Source: a virus (lineage: Duplodnaviria; Caudoviricetes). Taken from it: 33,483 bases of DNA. A program made the position numbers and the translations under genes. The notes under the pieces are model-generated. The model was not told the DNA's origin, searched no databases, and was given only the letters and a program-made list of their open reading frames with translations. Within the stretch, counting starts at the first letter, position 1, and each line of letters starts with the position of its first letter. The stretch spans positions 1 through 33,483 of IMG/VR virus record IMGVR_UViG_3300044723_006431. The stretch is one strand, 5' to 3'. This document shows, one piece after another, positions 17,556-28,100 of the stretch.

Positions 17556-19537
17556 TGTCAACTAGGACGTATGACTTTATTTTAACAGTAGACAAACCGG
17601 AAGCCGTTTTGCCTGGTGATACTATTTTAGGTAACACTACAGGATCTTCTGCCTACGTTATAGATGTAAATACTGGAACCAATAATGTAAAAGTAAAAGT
17701 TGCCAACGTTAATCATGAGTTTGTTGTTAATGAAAACGCTCGCGCAATAACCAATATCGTAACCACAGACGGATTTAGTGTAAGTTATAATAATACCTCT
17801 CCTGTAACTGTTAACGGTAATTCTTTTCAAATAGACGGATCGACTAATACTTTTTCTTTACCTGCTGCAGCACTAAGTTTAGCTAACGTAACCGCTGATA
17901 GTTTTTCAGTTTTTGTACAAGGAAGACGACTAGACAAAAGTATGCTTACTTTTCCTAGCAGTACGCTTGGAAACACTGGATTTGATATTAAACCAATTCC
18001 TGAAATTATTACGTCAGAAAACAACCTCAATTTAACGAAAACAGGTCTGAGAAGATTTTTCAGAAATACAGATGGTATCTTTCTTAAAATCTTCGGTGTT
18101 ATTGTTATTAACCAGGCTCCTGATGACCCAGATACTTTTAATTATATTGTAAACTTTGATAACTGGATTACAGATAAGGTTGATACTATTGATGTTAGAG
18201 TTGATACTGGTAACACTGAGTCTATTCCTTTTACAGTTCCTTCTTTTAGTGAACAAATTGACGGAACTACTTTTCAAATTACTAGTATAGCTAATTCAAA
18301 TTTCATTAGAGAAAAAAATTCTTTTGTTCAAAATCCTTTAGTAAGACTATATACCATTTATTACCCAGGAGAGTGGTATCCAGATAATGACGCGGGGAAT
18401 CCTACTAACGCAGGTGAAGGACGTGCTTGGCCTGATGGATTTCCCTTTAGATTTGCAGAAGTTAGGGGTGATATAAATACAGACGTTACTTACAATGTTT
18501 CTTATCAAGGACAAAGTTTTACCCCTCTACCTATAAACAGCGGAGGCATTAGCACAGACTCTACAGGAACAATCAATGATGTTACTGTTTCTATTTCTAA
18601 CTTTGATAATTTAATTACCCAACTCTGTGAAGACCCTGATTTATTAGGAAATAATACTGCAAACGCAGTTTATGCAACAGTTAATGGAGAGGTTGTAACT
18701 GGGATTGATCCAAGAACTGTACAAACAGGAGCTGACTATGTTGAACAAGAACATAGAGATGCTCTGAGTAGGGCTAGAAGTAATGGACTAAACTTTGATC
18801 AAACAGTTGTTGATAGTTATGGGCGTGTAAATGCTTCATTTACTATTACTACCACAGAAGAGGTCAATGGGACATGGAAACGAGAAAAAGCAGATTCCAG
18901 AGATTTATTAGGTGGCGTAGTAGAGATTAAATCTACTTTTGCTAACTTCTTAGACTTTTGGCCTGAGTACGCAAAGGTAGTAACTTCTCAAAATAATGTT
19001 ATTGAGGTTAGTACTGCCACTCCTTATAGAGTTGGAGACAATGTAAGAACTTTTGATAATGCATTTTTAGCTACTATTGAGGCTATTAGTGAAGAAAGAT
19101 TTATTACTACAAATGCTGCCTTAGACGTAGTTAGCGGGACTGCTCTTATTATTGATAATCCTGATGCAGATGAGGAAGCACATATTCTAGATACTTTTAA
19201 AATAGATGCGTTAGAAGGTCTGAACGAACAAATAGCTACATTTTCTCTTACTAGTTGGTTACAGTACTTTAAGCTTACTGTTCCTAAGAGAAAATTTTAT
19301 AAAAATACTTGTCAGTGGCAATACAAAGGAGCAGAATGCCAATATCCTGGACCAGGAGGACTATCTATTCCCGGAACACAAAACACAAGTAATACCAACC
19401 CTATTGCTGCTAATAACCAAATTGCAGGAAGTGCAGATGGAGATGAATGTGGTAAGAGTTTTGAATCCTGCCAAATTAGAAACAATACTATTCATTTTGG
19501 GGCTTTTCCTGGAACAGGTAGAACATTACCTAAATAA
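17555..19537 (+). CDS. Minor tail protein L-like (lambda gpL), enlarged, with C-terminal 4-Cys Fe-S motif
   Basis: C-terminal VPKRKFYKNTCQWQYKGAECQY...DECGKSFESCQIR....FGAFPG is the gpL signature; 660 aa, much longer than lambda gpL. Confidence 0.88.
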   Translation: MSTRTYDFILTVDKPEAVLPGDTILGNTTGSSAYVIDVNTGTNNVKVKVANVNHEFVVNENARAITNIVTTDGFSVSYNNTSPVTVNGNSFQIDGSTNTFSLPAAALSLANVTADSFSVFVQGRRLDKSMLTFPSSTLGNTGFDIKPIPEIITSENNLNLTKTGLRRFFRNTDGIFLKIFGVIVINQAPDDPDTFNYIVNFDNWITDKVDTIDVRVDTGNTESIPFTVPSFSEQIDGTTFQITSIANSNFIREKNSFVQNPLVRLYTIYYPGEWYPDNDAGNPTNAGEGRAWPDGFPFRFAEVRGDINTDVTYNVSYQGQSFTPLPINSGGISTDSTGTINDVTVSISNFDNLITQLCEDPDLLGNNTANAVYATVNGEVVTGIDPRTVQTGADYVEQEHRDALSRARSNGLNFDQTVVDSYGRVNASFTITTTEEVNGTWKREKADSRDLLGGVVEIKSTFANFLDFWPEYAKVVTSQNNVIEVSTATPYRVGDNVRTFDNAFLATIEAISEERFITTNAALDVVSGTALIIDNPDADEEAHILDTFKIDALEGLNEQIATFSLTSWLQYFKLTVPKRKFYKNTCQWQYKGAECQYPGPGGLSIPGTQNTSNTNPIAANNQIAGSADGDECGKSFESCQIRNNTIHFGAFPGTGRTLPK

Positions 19538-19977
19538 TGAGAACAGACTATACAAAATACTTAGGTATAAAACATGATTATGTAAATAACAACTGTGCTA
19601 CACTAATAAATCAAATATTTATGGGCGAATTAGGTAGTAACGTGATTAACAAAATATGGCCTGTTATTGATATGCCCGCCGGTAGTAATACCATTGGTAA
19701 GAATTTTTTTAAGATGTTAACTTTTAAACAATTAACTGACTGGGCAGATTCGTTTGCAAGAAGAGTTAATTTGACAGAGCTACAAGAATATGATGTAATA
19801 TTATTTAAGACTAAAGCGGGACGACCTATTCATTTTGGTTTGTATATTGAGAGAAATAAATTTATACATTTAATGGAAGATGAACACTCTAGAATTGAAG
19901 AGCTAAACGATGAGTGGAGAGGTAAAATATATACAATATATAGGTTTAAATGTGCAGAAGATATAAATGTGGTATAA
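19537..19977 (+). CDS. NlpC/P60 family peptidase (gpK C-terminal domain-like), copy 1
   Basis: YLGIKH..NNCATLI (Cys), YDVILF..IHFGLYI (His), FIH (third residue). Confidence 0.8.
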   Translation: MRTDYTKYLGIKHDYVNNNCATLINQIFMGELGSNVINKIWPVIDMPAGSNTIGKNFFKMLTFKQLTDWADSFARRVNLTELQEYDVILFKTKAGRPIHFGLYIERNKFIHLMEDEHSRIEELNDEWRGKIYTIYRFKCAEDINVV

Positions 19978-20422
19978 TAAATATGTAGGGTTTCCTTACT
20001 TACATTTAGGACAAGATGTTGAGAAAGGAATTGATTGTTTTAATTTAATACGTCATGTGTACAAGGAAGAAAAACAAATAACTATTCCTTATACCACTCA
20101 AGATTTTTGTAATATTGTCGATGAAAATTGGTATACAAAAGTACACGAACATCCATTTGAAGAATTTAGAAATGACAAATGGGGATGGACTGAAATAAAA
20201 GTAACAGAGCTTAAGCCGTTTGATGTTGTAATAATGAGTTTAGGTTCAACAAATTGTGTAAATCATTGTGCGTTATATGTAGCTAAAAATAAAATTCTAC
20301 AAACAATGATTGATCATACATCTTGGATTGCTCCTTATGGTAATTACTACATTCAATATACTATGGGAGCTTTTAGGTGGAAGGGGATAAATAATGGGGA
20401 TTTTTCAACAACTAGTAACTGA
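19967..20422 (+). CDS. NlpC/P60 family peptidase, copy 2
   Basis: YVGFPY..G.D..GIDCFNLI (Cys), PFDVVIM..NHCALYV (His), ILQ. Confidence 0.85.
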   Translation: MWYNKYVGFPYLHLGQDVEKGIDCFNLIRHVYKEEKQITIPYTTQDFCNIVDENWYTKVHEHPFEEFRNDKWGWTEIKVTELKPFDVVIMSLGSTNCVNHCALYVAKNKILQTMIDHTSWIAPYGNYYIQYTMGAFRWKGINNGDFSTTSN

Positions 20423-20762
20423 TATGGGAAAACACGCTCAGGCTGAGTATCCCAAAGAATGTTGTGGACTAATTACAAAAGCATTCAAATACGTTCCTTG
20501 TAAAAATATCAGTCCTTTCCCAAAAGATAGTTTTATTGTTGACCCTGAGACTCTTTTAAAGTATGAGGAAGATTGTTGGGGCATATTTCATTCTCATCCT
20601 GGGGATGAAAACCCTATTCCTAGTGAAGAAGATAAAAGAGGGGCTGTTTTTGAAGAATTTAATTTTGTAGTCGGATTTAATAATAAATTCTATATCTATT
20701 GGTTAGATAAAGCAATTGACGCAATTAGATTTGACGAATTTAAGGATAAGCATTTAAGTTGA
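20394..20762 (+). CDS. JAB/MPN (Mov34) metalloprotease, stand-alone gpK N-terminal domain
   Basis: HAQAEYPKECCGLI and FHSHP....PSEED give a complete E..HxH..S..D motif. Confidence 0.92.
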   Translation: MGIFQQLVTDMGKHAQAEYPKECCGLITKAFKYVPCKNISPFPKDSFIVDPETLLKYEEDCWGIFHSHPGDENPIPSEEDKRGAVFEEFNFVVGFNNKFYIYWLDKAIDAIRFDEFKDKHLS

Positions 20763-21427
20763 AAATAAAAATTAACTTTCATTCATCTTTAAGAAAGTAT
20801 ACAAAAGTAGACAGCCATACTGTAGTTTGTAAAGATTTTACAGACATAGTATCAGCTCTAACTTTTTTATTTCCTGATTTAGGTCGTTATATTAATCATA
20901 TTAAAAATGAAAAAGTAACCGAAAATTTACTTTTGCTAGATATGAATAAAAAATTAATAGATAAAAGAATTATTGAATTTAATAGACTTAGAGATGAGCA
21001 TAAAGAAGTTTATTTAGTTCCTATGTTAGCGGGAGGTAAAGGTAAAGGTGGATTTTTTCTAGCTGCGGCTTTTGCTGTTGCTTTAATTGCTTTACCTGCT
21101 ATCGCTCCTAGTTTAGCAGGAACTAGTTTGTTTGGATCCGCTACTATCGGTTCTATCGCAAGAAGTATTGGAATGAACTTGTTATTAAGTGGTATACAAG
21201 GATTGTTTACACAAAAACCTCCTAAGCCTCCAGAAAGACAAACTCCTGACGCACAAGAAAGAGTTGATAATAACATTTTTGAGGGACTACAAAATACTAC
21301 GAGTAGTGATAATAATATTCCTTTAACTTATGGAAGAACTAGAGTCGCAGGGCAAGTTATCAGCGGATATATTATAACTAGAAATCATGGTAAAAATGAC
21401 GATGTTAGGGTTTCTGAGGCTTTTTAG
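20759..21427 (+). CDS. Tail assembly protein I-like (Ubl domain + hydrophobic segment + gpI C-terminus), copy 1
   Basis: N-terminal beta-grasp-like region ending VYLVPMLAGG (G93), Gly/Ala-rich hydrophobic stretch, FEGLQNT...IPLTYGRTRVAGQVIS. TTG start. Confidence 0.85.
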   Translation: MKIKINFHSSLRKYTKVDSHTVVCKDFTDIVSALTFLFPDLGRYINHIKNEKVTENLLLLDMNKKLIDKRIIEFNRLRDEHKEVYLVPMLAGGKGKGGFFLAAAFAVALIALPAIAPSLAGTSLFGSATIGSIARSIGMNLLLSGIQGLFTQKPPKPPERQTPDAQERVDNNIFEGLQNTTSSDNNIPLTYGRTRVAGQVISGYIITRNHGKNDDVRVSEAF

Positions 21428-22111
21428 ATGATCACACTAAATATTCATAAGTCTTTAAAAAAATACTTTAAGAATCAAAGCTCAGTAAAAGTTAATTGCC
21501 ATGACTATTTTGATCTAATTTCGTATATGGTTTCTAACTATCCTGAGTTTTCTAAACTAGTAAAAAATCTTAAGAATGGTAAATTTGACGAAGAGTTGTT
21601 TCTGCTAAATAATAAAAAAAAGTTAATTAATAATGAAGATATTTATGTTAATAAAAAATTATCTCAAAATACTTTTTATTTGGTTCCTTCTCTTAGCGGA
21701 GGAAAAAGTGGATTTGCAACGATTGCAATTGGTATTGGAATCGTAGCTCTTGCTATCTTTGCTGCCCCTGCTGTGGTAGGAGCTGCGGGACCTACACTGG
21801 GAATGGCGACACCAGCTATTGCTGGAATTACTTATGGACAAATTGCAGCTTTTGGTGTATCTGTAGCATTATCAGGGATTATGGCTGCAATGGCTAAAGC
21901 ACCCAGCGCCCCTGAAAGAAGGCAGTTTACTGATGCAGGCTCAAGAACAGACAATAATGCTTTTGACGGACTTAGAAACAATATCACCTCAAATGTTCCT
22001 GTTGGGCTAAACTATGGGTTAAATAGGGTTGCCGGACAAATGATCAGTGGCTATATTTTAAGTAGAAATCATGGTAAAAATGACGTTGTAAACGTCTCAG
22101 AGAGTTTTTAA
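21428..22111 (+). CDS. Tail assembly protein I-like, copy 2
   Basis: Ubl-like region ending FYLVPSLSGG (G92), hydrophobic stretch, FDGLRNN...VGLNYGLNRVAGQMIS; paralogous C-terminus to copy 1. Confidence 0.85.
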   Translation: MITLNIHKSLKKYFKNQSSVKVNCHDYFDLISYMVSNYPEFSKLVKNLKNGKFDEELFLLNNKKKLINNEDIYVNKKLSQNTFYLVPSLSGGKSGFATIAIGIGIVALAIFAAPAVVGAAGPTLGMATPAIAGITYGQIAAFGVSVALSGIMAAMAKAPSAPERRQFTDAGSRTDNNAFDGLRNNITSNVPVGLNYGLNRVAGQMISGYILSRNHGKNDVVNVSESF

Positions 22112-22113
22112 TA

Positions 22114-25100
22114 ATGAACGCATATAGAAAATATGTACAAGTCCAAGGTTCCGCTGTTCCATACATCTCTGGAGCAAAGGGTGGTTGTTTTCCCGCAGGA
22201 GCATTAGTATCTACCCCTAAAGGGGCAACTCCCATTGAAACGCTAAAAATTGGCGACAAAGTTTACTGTTTTGATGAGGCAGGCAATAAGTGGACTTCGT
22301 TTGTTGAAAAAACTTGGGAGCATATTCCAGAAGAGACTGAAGGCTATCTAGTAAAAGTAGTTCACGAAAAAGGTGAGTTTACTGTTACTGATAACCACTA
22401 TCTATATGATAAAGATAACGAATATAAAGAGACTAAAGATTGGCAAATTGGAGAATTTCTTACTTTAGAAGATAATAGTAAAAGTAAGATTTTATCACTT
22501 ACAAATAACAAGTATTTACAAGAACCTGTTTATAATTTAACAGTAAACACACATCATAACTATATTTGTGATGGCATTAGGTTATCTAATAAAGGCGGTG
22601 GAGGAAAAGGTGGAGGTGCAGCCCCTGCTGCAGTAGAAGATCCAAATACTCTTTTTTCTACTGATATTCTATTTGCTGCTACCGCTTTAGGAGAAGGTCC
22701 TGTTTACAGAATTAATCCTAATGGTCCTCAAGATATTGAACTTAACGAAGGTACTATTGACGACTTAATCAACATAGATGGGGATGGAGAAGAAAATAAT
22801 ACAGTATTTAAAACATTAAGCACTACGGGAACTCTTACTCAATCTGCACTTCCTGTATTTGGTGCAGAAACTGTCACTCCTCAAACTTTGCAAAACGCTG
22901 TTCAGCTCAAAAACGGCAATGTTGCGGGAGTTCCTGCAGCAAAGGTTAGCCTACAAGATACCAGCGTAAAAGACTGGGATAAACTTCGTTTTAACTTTAT
23001 TATTCAAGGATTACAAAAATCAGATTCTCAGGGTAACGTATCAGGCGGTTCTTTAAGTGTTAAGGTTACTATTTTTGATAGAACTGGGTCAACACAGATT
23101 ACTAGTGTTTCAAAAACTATTAACGGAAAAACTAATACACGATTCAAATTTCAAGTAGATGTTGCAATTCCTGAAGCTAACAAAGATGTTGCTGGATATA
23201 AATTCACAGTAGAAAAAACATCTGGAGATAGTGATTCTAACAGAGTACAAGATTCTGTAATATTTACAGGATGGGATGAAATTGAAAATGATGATATGGC
23301 GTATCCAAGAACAGCAGTAATTGGTTATGCTTTAAAATCTTTTAATGAGTATGAAGGTTCTGTCCCAACTTTTACCAGTATTGTAAAAGGTCTTCTAGTT
23401 AAAGTTCCTAGTAACTATAACCAACCTATTTTATCTGATGGAGAAATTGATTGGAGACAATTAGAGGTTCCTGAAGCAGGTTCTCTTAGTATTGACGGAC
23501 AATCAACTAACATTGGATATACTCAACGAGGGTATAGACTACAGAAACAAGGATCAGGAACTCTATTAACTGCTGCTAATCCTACTATCTATGAAGGTAT
23601 TTGGGACGGTAGCTTTACTTATTCATGGACTCAAAACCCTGTTTGGATCATTTATGACATTCTAACCAATAAAACTTATGGGCTAGCTATCCCAGAAGAT
23701 AATATTGATAAGTTTACTTTTTATAAAGTAGCTCAATATTGTGACGCTTGCGACATTACCGATGGAAAGTTTTATGGCGTTTCTGGGCTTGCAGACGGCA
23801 CCTATAGAAATAAACCTAACGGACTATTTACTTCTGTTAGAGATACCTTAGTAGGGCTACCTAGAGGTACTAGTGTATTAGAAAGAAGATTTATTACTGA
23901 TATCTCAATCACAGAAGATACGCAGGTGATGGATACTTTAAATAAGATTACTTCTACTTTTAGAGGTCTTCTTTACTACGCAGGCGGCAAGATAACTCTT
24001 AACGTAGATATGCCAGATGACCTTCCTGTTGCAGTCTTTAATGATGCAAACATTGAAAAGTCTTCTTTGAAGTTTTTTGGAGGAAGAGAAAGTGACATTC
24101 TTACTGGGTGTGACGTTAGTTATGTTGATCCAAGTAACCATTATAGAAGAGAAGTTGTTCGTATTGACGATGACGAAGCATTAAGAGAAAGAAATCAAAT
24201 TGAAAATATAAAACAACTTGATTTAGCAGGAGTTACTAGACGTGGTCAAGCGATTAGATATGGACAGTATATGCTTGCTGCTTCTAAGTTCTTACGCAGA
24301 CAAGTAGAATTTAGCACAGGAACTGACGCAATAAGTTTAGGTGTTGGTGAAGTTATTTCATTGTCAACTAAATCAACAGGAGTAGCCTACGGTTTTGGAG
24401 GTAAAGTAGTTACCAATTCTACTGTTGGTGATGCAAATGTTTTACTAGAACATTTTACCTCTCCAGCTATAACCTCTAGTAATATTACAGGTAATACTTT
24501 ACCTATTGGACTACGAGTCATTAAGCAAGATTCAGATAGAGTTGATATTTATCTAGCTAGTAATACTGCTTTTCAAACTTTATCTACAGGTAATGCAGCT
24601 GCGGGTGTAGATTTAGTAGAACTACAACTGACTCAAAGATTTGATTATGGGACAAAAACCTTTACTGATACGAACTCTCCTGGATTTACTGGCTGGTTGG
24701 CCAATAACGTGCCTCAAAAAGGAGATTTATGGACTTTTGGAGAAATTAATCCAGATGACTTTTATAGAAGTACAAATGATAAACTATTTAAAATTACTTC
24801 TATAGATAGACAAGAAGAGGAATTAGTTTTAGTTTCTGCCGTAGAGTACGTTCCTAATGTTTATGCGGATGCAGATACTCTTATTTCTTATGTTCCTGTT
24901 AGATATGATGATATTGCTTCTACTTTACAAACACCTCCACCACCTCAAATAGAGTTACGTCATATTCCTAGACGCAACTCGGACGGGTCTGTTACTCATG
25001 ATGTATTAGTTAACTCTACTTTTGATCCAACTGGCTATCCAATTTATTTACAAACTAACTATGAAGTTGGTAGAGGTACAGAAGTAACTTTTCCTTCTAT

Positions 25101-28100
25101 TAGCGGCACAACTGCAAGAGGAGCTAACAACGGTAGTATAGGGATGATTGCGGCAGACGCTAATCAGTTATCCGCTAATGAGTCCGCAATTTTATTAGGT
25201 AAAAACGGTTTTGGGACAATTCTAGGTGAAATACCTTTATTATGCACTGCGGTTAGTAACCCTAATATTAGTGCTACCTCTAATGGAGATATTGTACTTA
25301 CAGTTGTTGGATTAAGTCAGCTAACCGATCCAAACTTTGATTTAAACATTATTAATGTAAATGATGGTGTTTTTTCTGCAGAATTAAAAGGTAGTGATAG
25401 AGTCACAATTCCTATTAATGAAAAAAGCAATGTAGGTACGGGTATTCTAAGTAACCAAGTTGATAAAAATAGTTCTTTAACTGAATTTAGTGCAATAATA
25501 ACTTCAAGCGATGTTAATGTTGAAACATTGACTATTACTAATGAGCACTCTGGAGCTAAAACACTATTAGAAAATTTACCAGAGCTTCCTTTTTATGTAA
25601 AATTAAATCAAATTTTAGATACAAGATATTTCGATGCTAGAGCGGTTTATGTTTCTGGGTCTAGATTCTTAGATGTTGTAAGTAATACTATTCCTGATGG
25701 ATCTACTTCTTTTACTCAACCTTTAAATGAGTCTGTAAGATTTAAAAATCAAGTTAAACTATTTTTAGATGGTATTGAGCAAGTACAGTCAGAATTTGAA
25801 TTTACAGACTCAACAAATTCTTCTATTCTTATTTCAGACGCGTCAGGCTACTCTACTGTAAGAGTAGAAACTGATTATTATACGGTTCCTGCTATTGAAG
25901 TCGGAGATAATTTAGAATTTTTTGCTGGTAACGTATACTCTGTGATAGATACTACTTACTCAGATGATAGTAATGCTTATTCTTTGGCATTGACCAGTAA
26001 TCATATATATCGAGTACAACTAGGTTCAAAACTACTAGCAAATGTTAGCGGAACTCTGGCTACCAACATTACCGCAGACCCTGTTGGAACTGTTGCTAAT
26101 GTGTCTGGAGCTTCCTTTACTTTTGATTATAATACAGCTACTTACCCAGGAAAATGGACATTAGCTAACACTGCTGTATATACTCTTATGAATCCAATTG
26201 AATTTGCTGCACTTGATTTGCCTAATGATAGATTATTAAGAGATGTTGAACCAGGATTTGTTGCAGTTAGGGCGCAAAATATAAATGCTTCTGGTAGAAG
26301 AAGTAGAACTACTACTGATGTTTTAGTTATAGAAGAAGTAGGTATTCAACGTGTTCAAAATTTAGAACTTATTGAAAATCTTTATTTGGAACAAACAGTT
26401 GGTGCAGTAGTTAGAATAACAGTTGAGTTTGACCATATTCTAAATCAAGAAGTGACAGATTATGAAATTTCGTATAAATTAGGTGGTGAAGCTGCTGATT
26501 TACTATCATTTAATACTGTTAAAGTATCAGCACAAGGTGTAGAAGATGACGGTAAAATTAGGTTTACCCTTAATAACATTGATAGAGGGTTATCAAGCTC
26601 CGCTAATACTATAACTGTTAGAGTTACCCCCTTAAATAAAACAATCAGAGGAGTTACAGTAACTAAGACCCATAGTATTATCGGTAAGTCTGATACTCCT
26701 CAAAATATTAGGAACTTTAGCTTTGCTCAGTTAGGTGAAAACGTTCACCTTTTCTGGCAATATGAAACTAGAGCTAGTGGGGAATTAATAGATGTTGACT
26801 TAAGAGATATTATTTTTAAACGTGTTCAAGGAACGTTAACTCCCGATCAATTTGAGACAGCTTTTGTTACTGCTGCTGAATATGTTATTGTTAGTGCTGG
26901 TTCAACAAGAAAAGTTAACTCTGTAGACACTTATGGTACTTTTACTTACTTAGCAAAAACTAGAGACACAAGTGGTAATTTATCTACTACCACTGTTGGT
27001 GTTATAGGAACTACTGTTAAACTATCTAGTTTGTTCGTTCTACAAACCTATAGTGAAGATACTCCTGGTGGAAATGTTGTTGTAGGTATTCCTAATATTA
27101 ATAGACTAGAAAACACTTATCCAAGTTTTGCAGATAGCGCAACAGGAGGTTTAGTAATTGCTCCAGATACTGAAGATGCGGATGCCTCTAACGGTACTTC
27201 TAGTGGTTGGTCTGCTATTTCAGGTATTCCTACAGACTTACTAGCTGCTAGTGGAGCTATATACCAAACTAAAGTAAGAGATATTGGAAAAACAGCACCC
27301 GTTAGCTTAACGGCTAATATTGTTGGAACTGCTACTACTGTAACTACCTGGAATAATTTTCATACAGATGTTGCTTCTGGGGTAACAGAGGTTAGTGGAA
27401 CAGATTCTATTTTAATTGATACAGGGTTGGGAGGTTCTGAAGGAATTGGAACTGTTTTAGGGTTTGGTAACTCTGCGGCTGCTACTGTTACTTATGATAC
27501 CACTAGTAGAAACAATACTTTAATTAGTGGAGGAACGGGAGGAAATGTATTTGCTATTTGGAATGATGGACAATTTGCAGAAGATACTTCTAATTCTAAC
27601 TCTTATGCACTAATTGCTGGTGTGATAAATGCAGATGCAGTAGCTTTAGGCGAAGTTTTCTATGCAAATGGAGTATCTACTGGTGGAAATTCATTTGCTA
27701 ACTTGACAACCGTTGCTAGTTCCTATACACTAGTAGACCTAAATCAGTTTTTAGATTCCGGTTCTGCATCAACTACTTTTGCCGGAGACAGTAGTGCTCT
27801 AAGACAAACTATTCAAATTAGAACTTCTACAGCTGACCCTTTCTTTGCTAATGGAAATGTTGATATAACTACTTTTAATAGTGGAGTTGATGACCCTACT
27901 TCAAACGGATTCCAAACGTTTAGTACAGGGCTTAGAAATGCTAGATATTTCCAGCTTAGATTTATTGTAGAAAATACTTCTCCGATGGAAATTGACTATA
28001 CACTAGATAAATTTGAATATCAAGTTGATGCTGACTCAAAAGAGTTTAGAAAAAGAGTCACAATTACTGGCGATGATGATGGTGGCGGAAATACTTTTGT

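Noticed and set aside
19771-19799. TTGACA-17-TGTAAT promoter-like sequence inside the first NlpC/P60 gene
   Set aside because: The -10 lacks the highly conserved second-position A, and chance matches are common in AT-rich coding DNA.
22186-22590. Canonical mobile intein
   Set aside because: No homing endonuclease, no penultimate His and no Cys/Ser/Thr at +1; reported as a BIL-like Hint instead.
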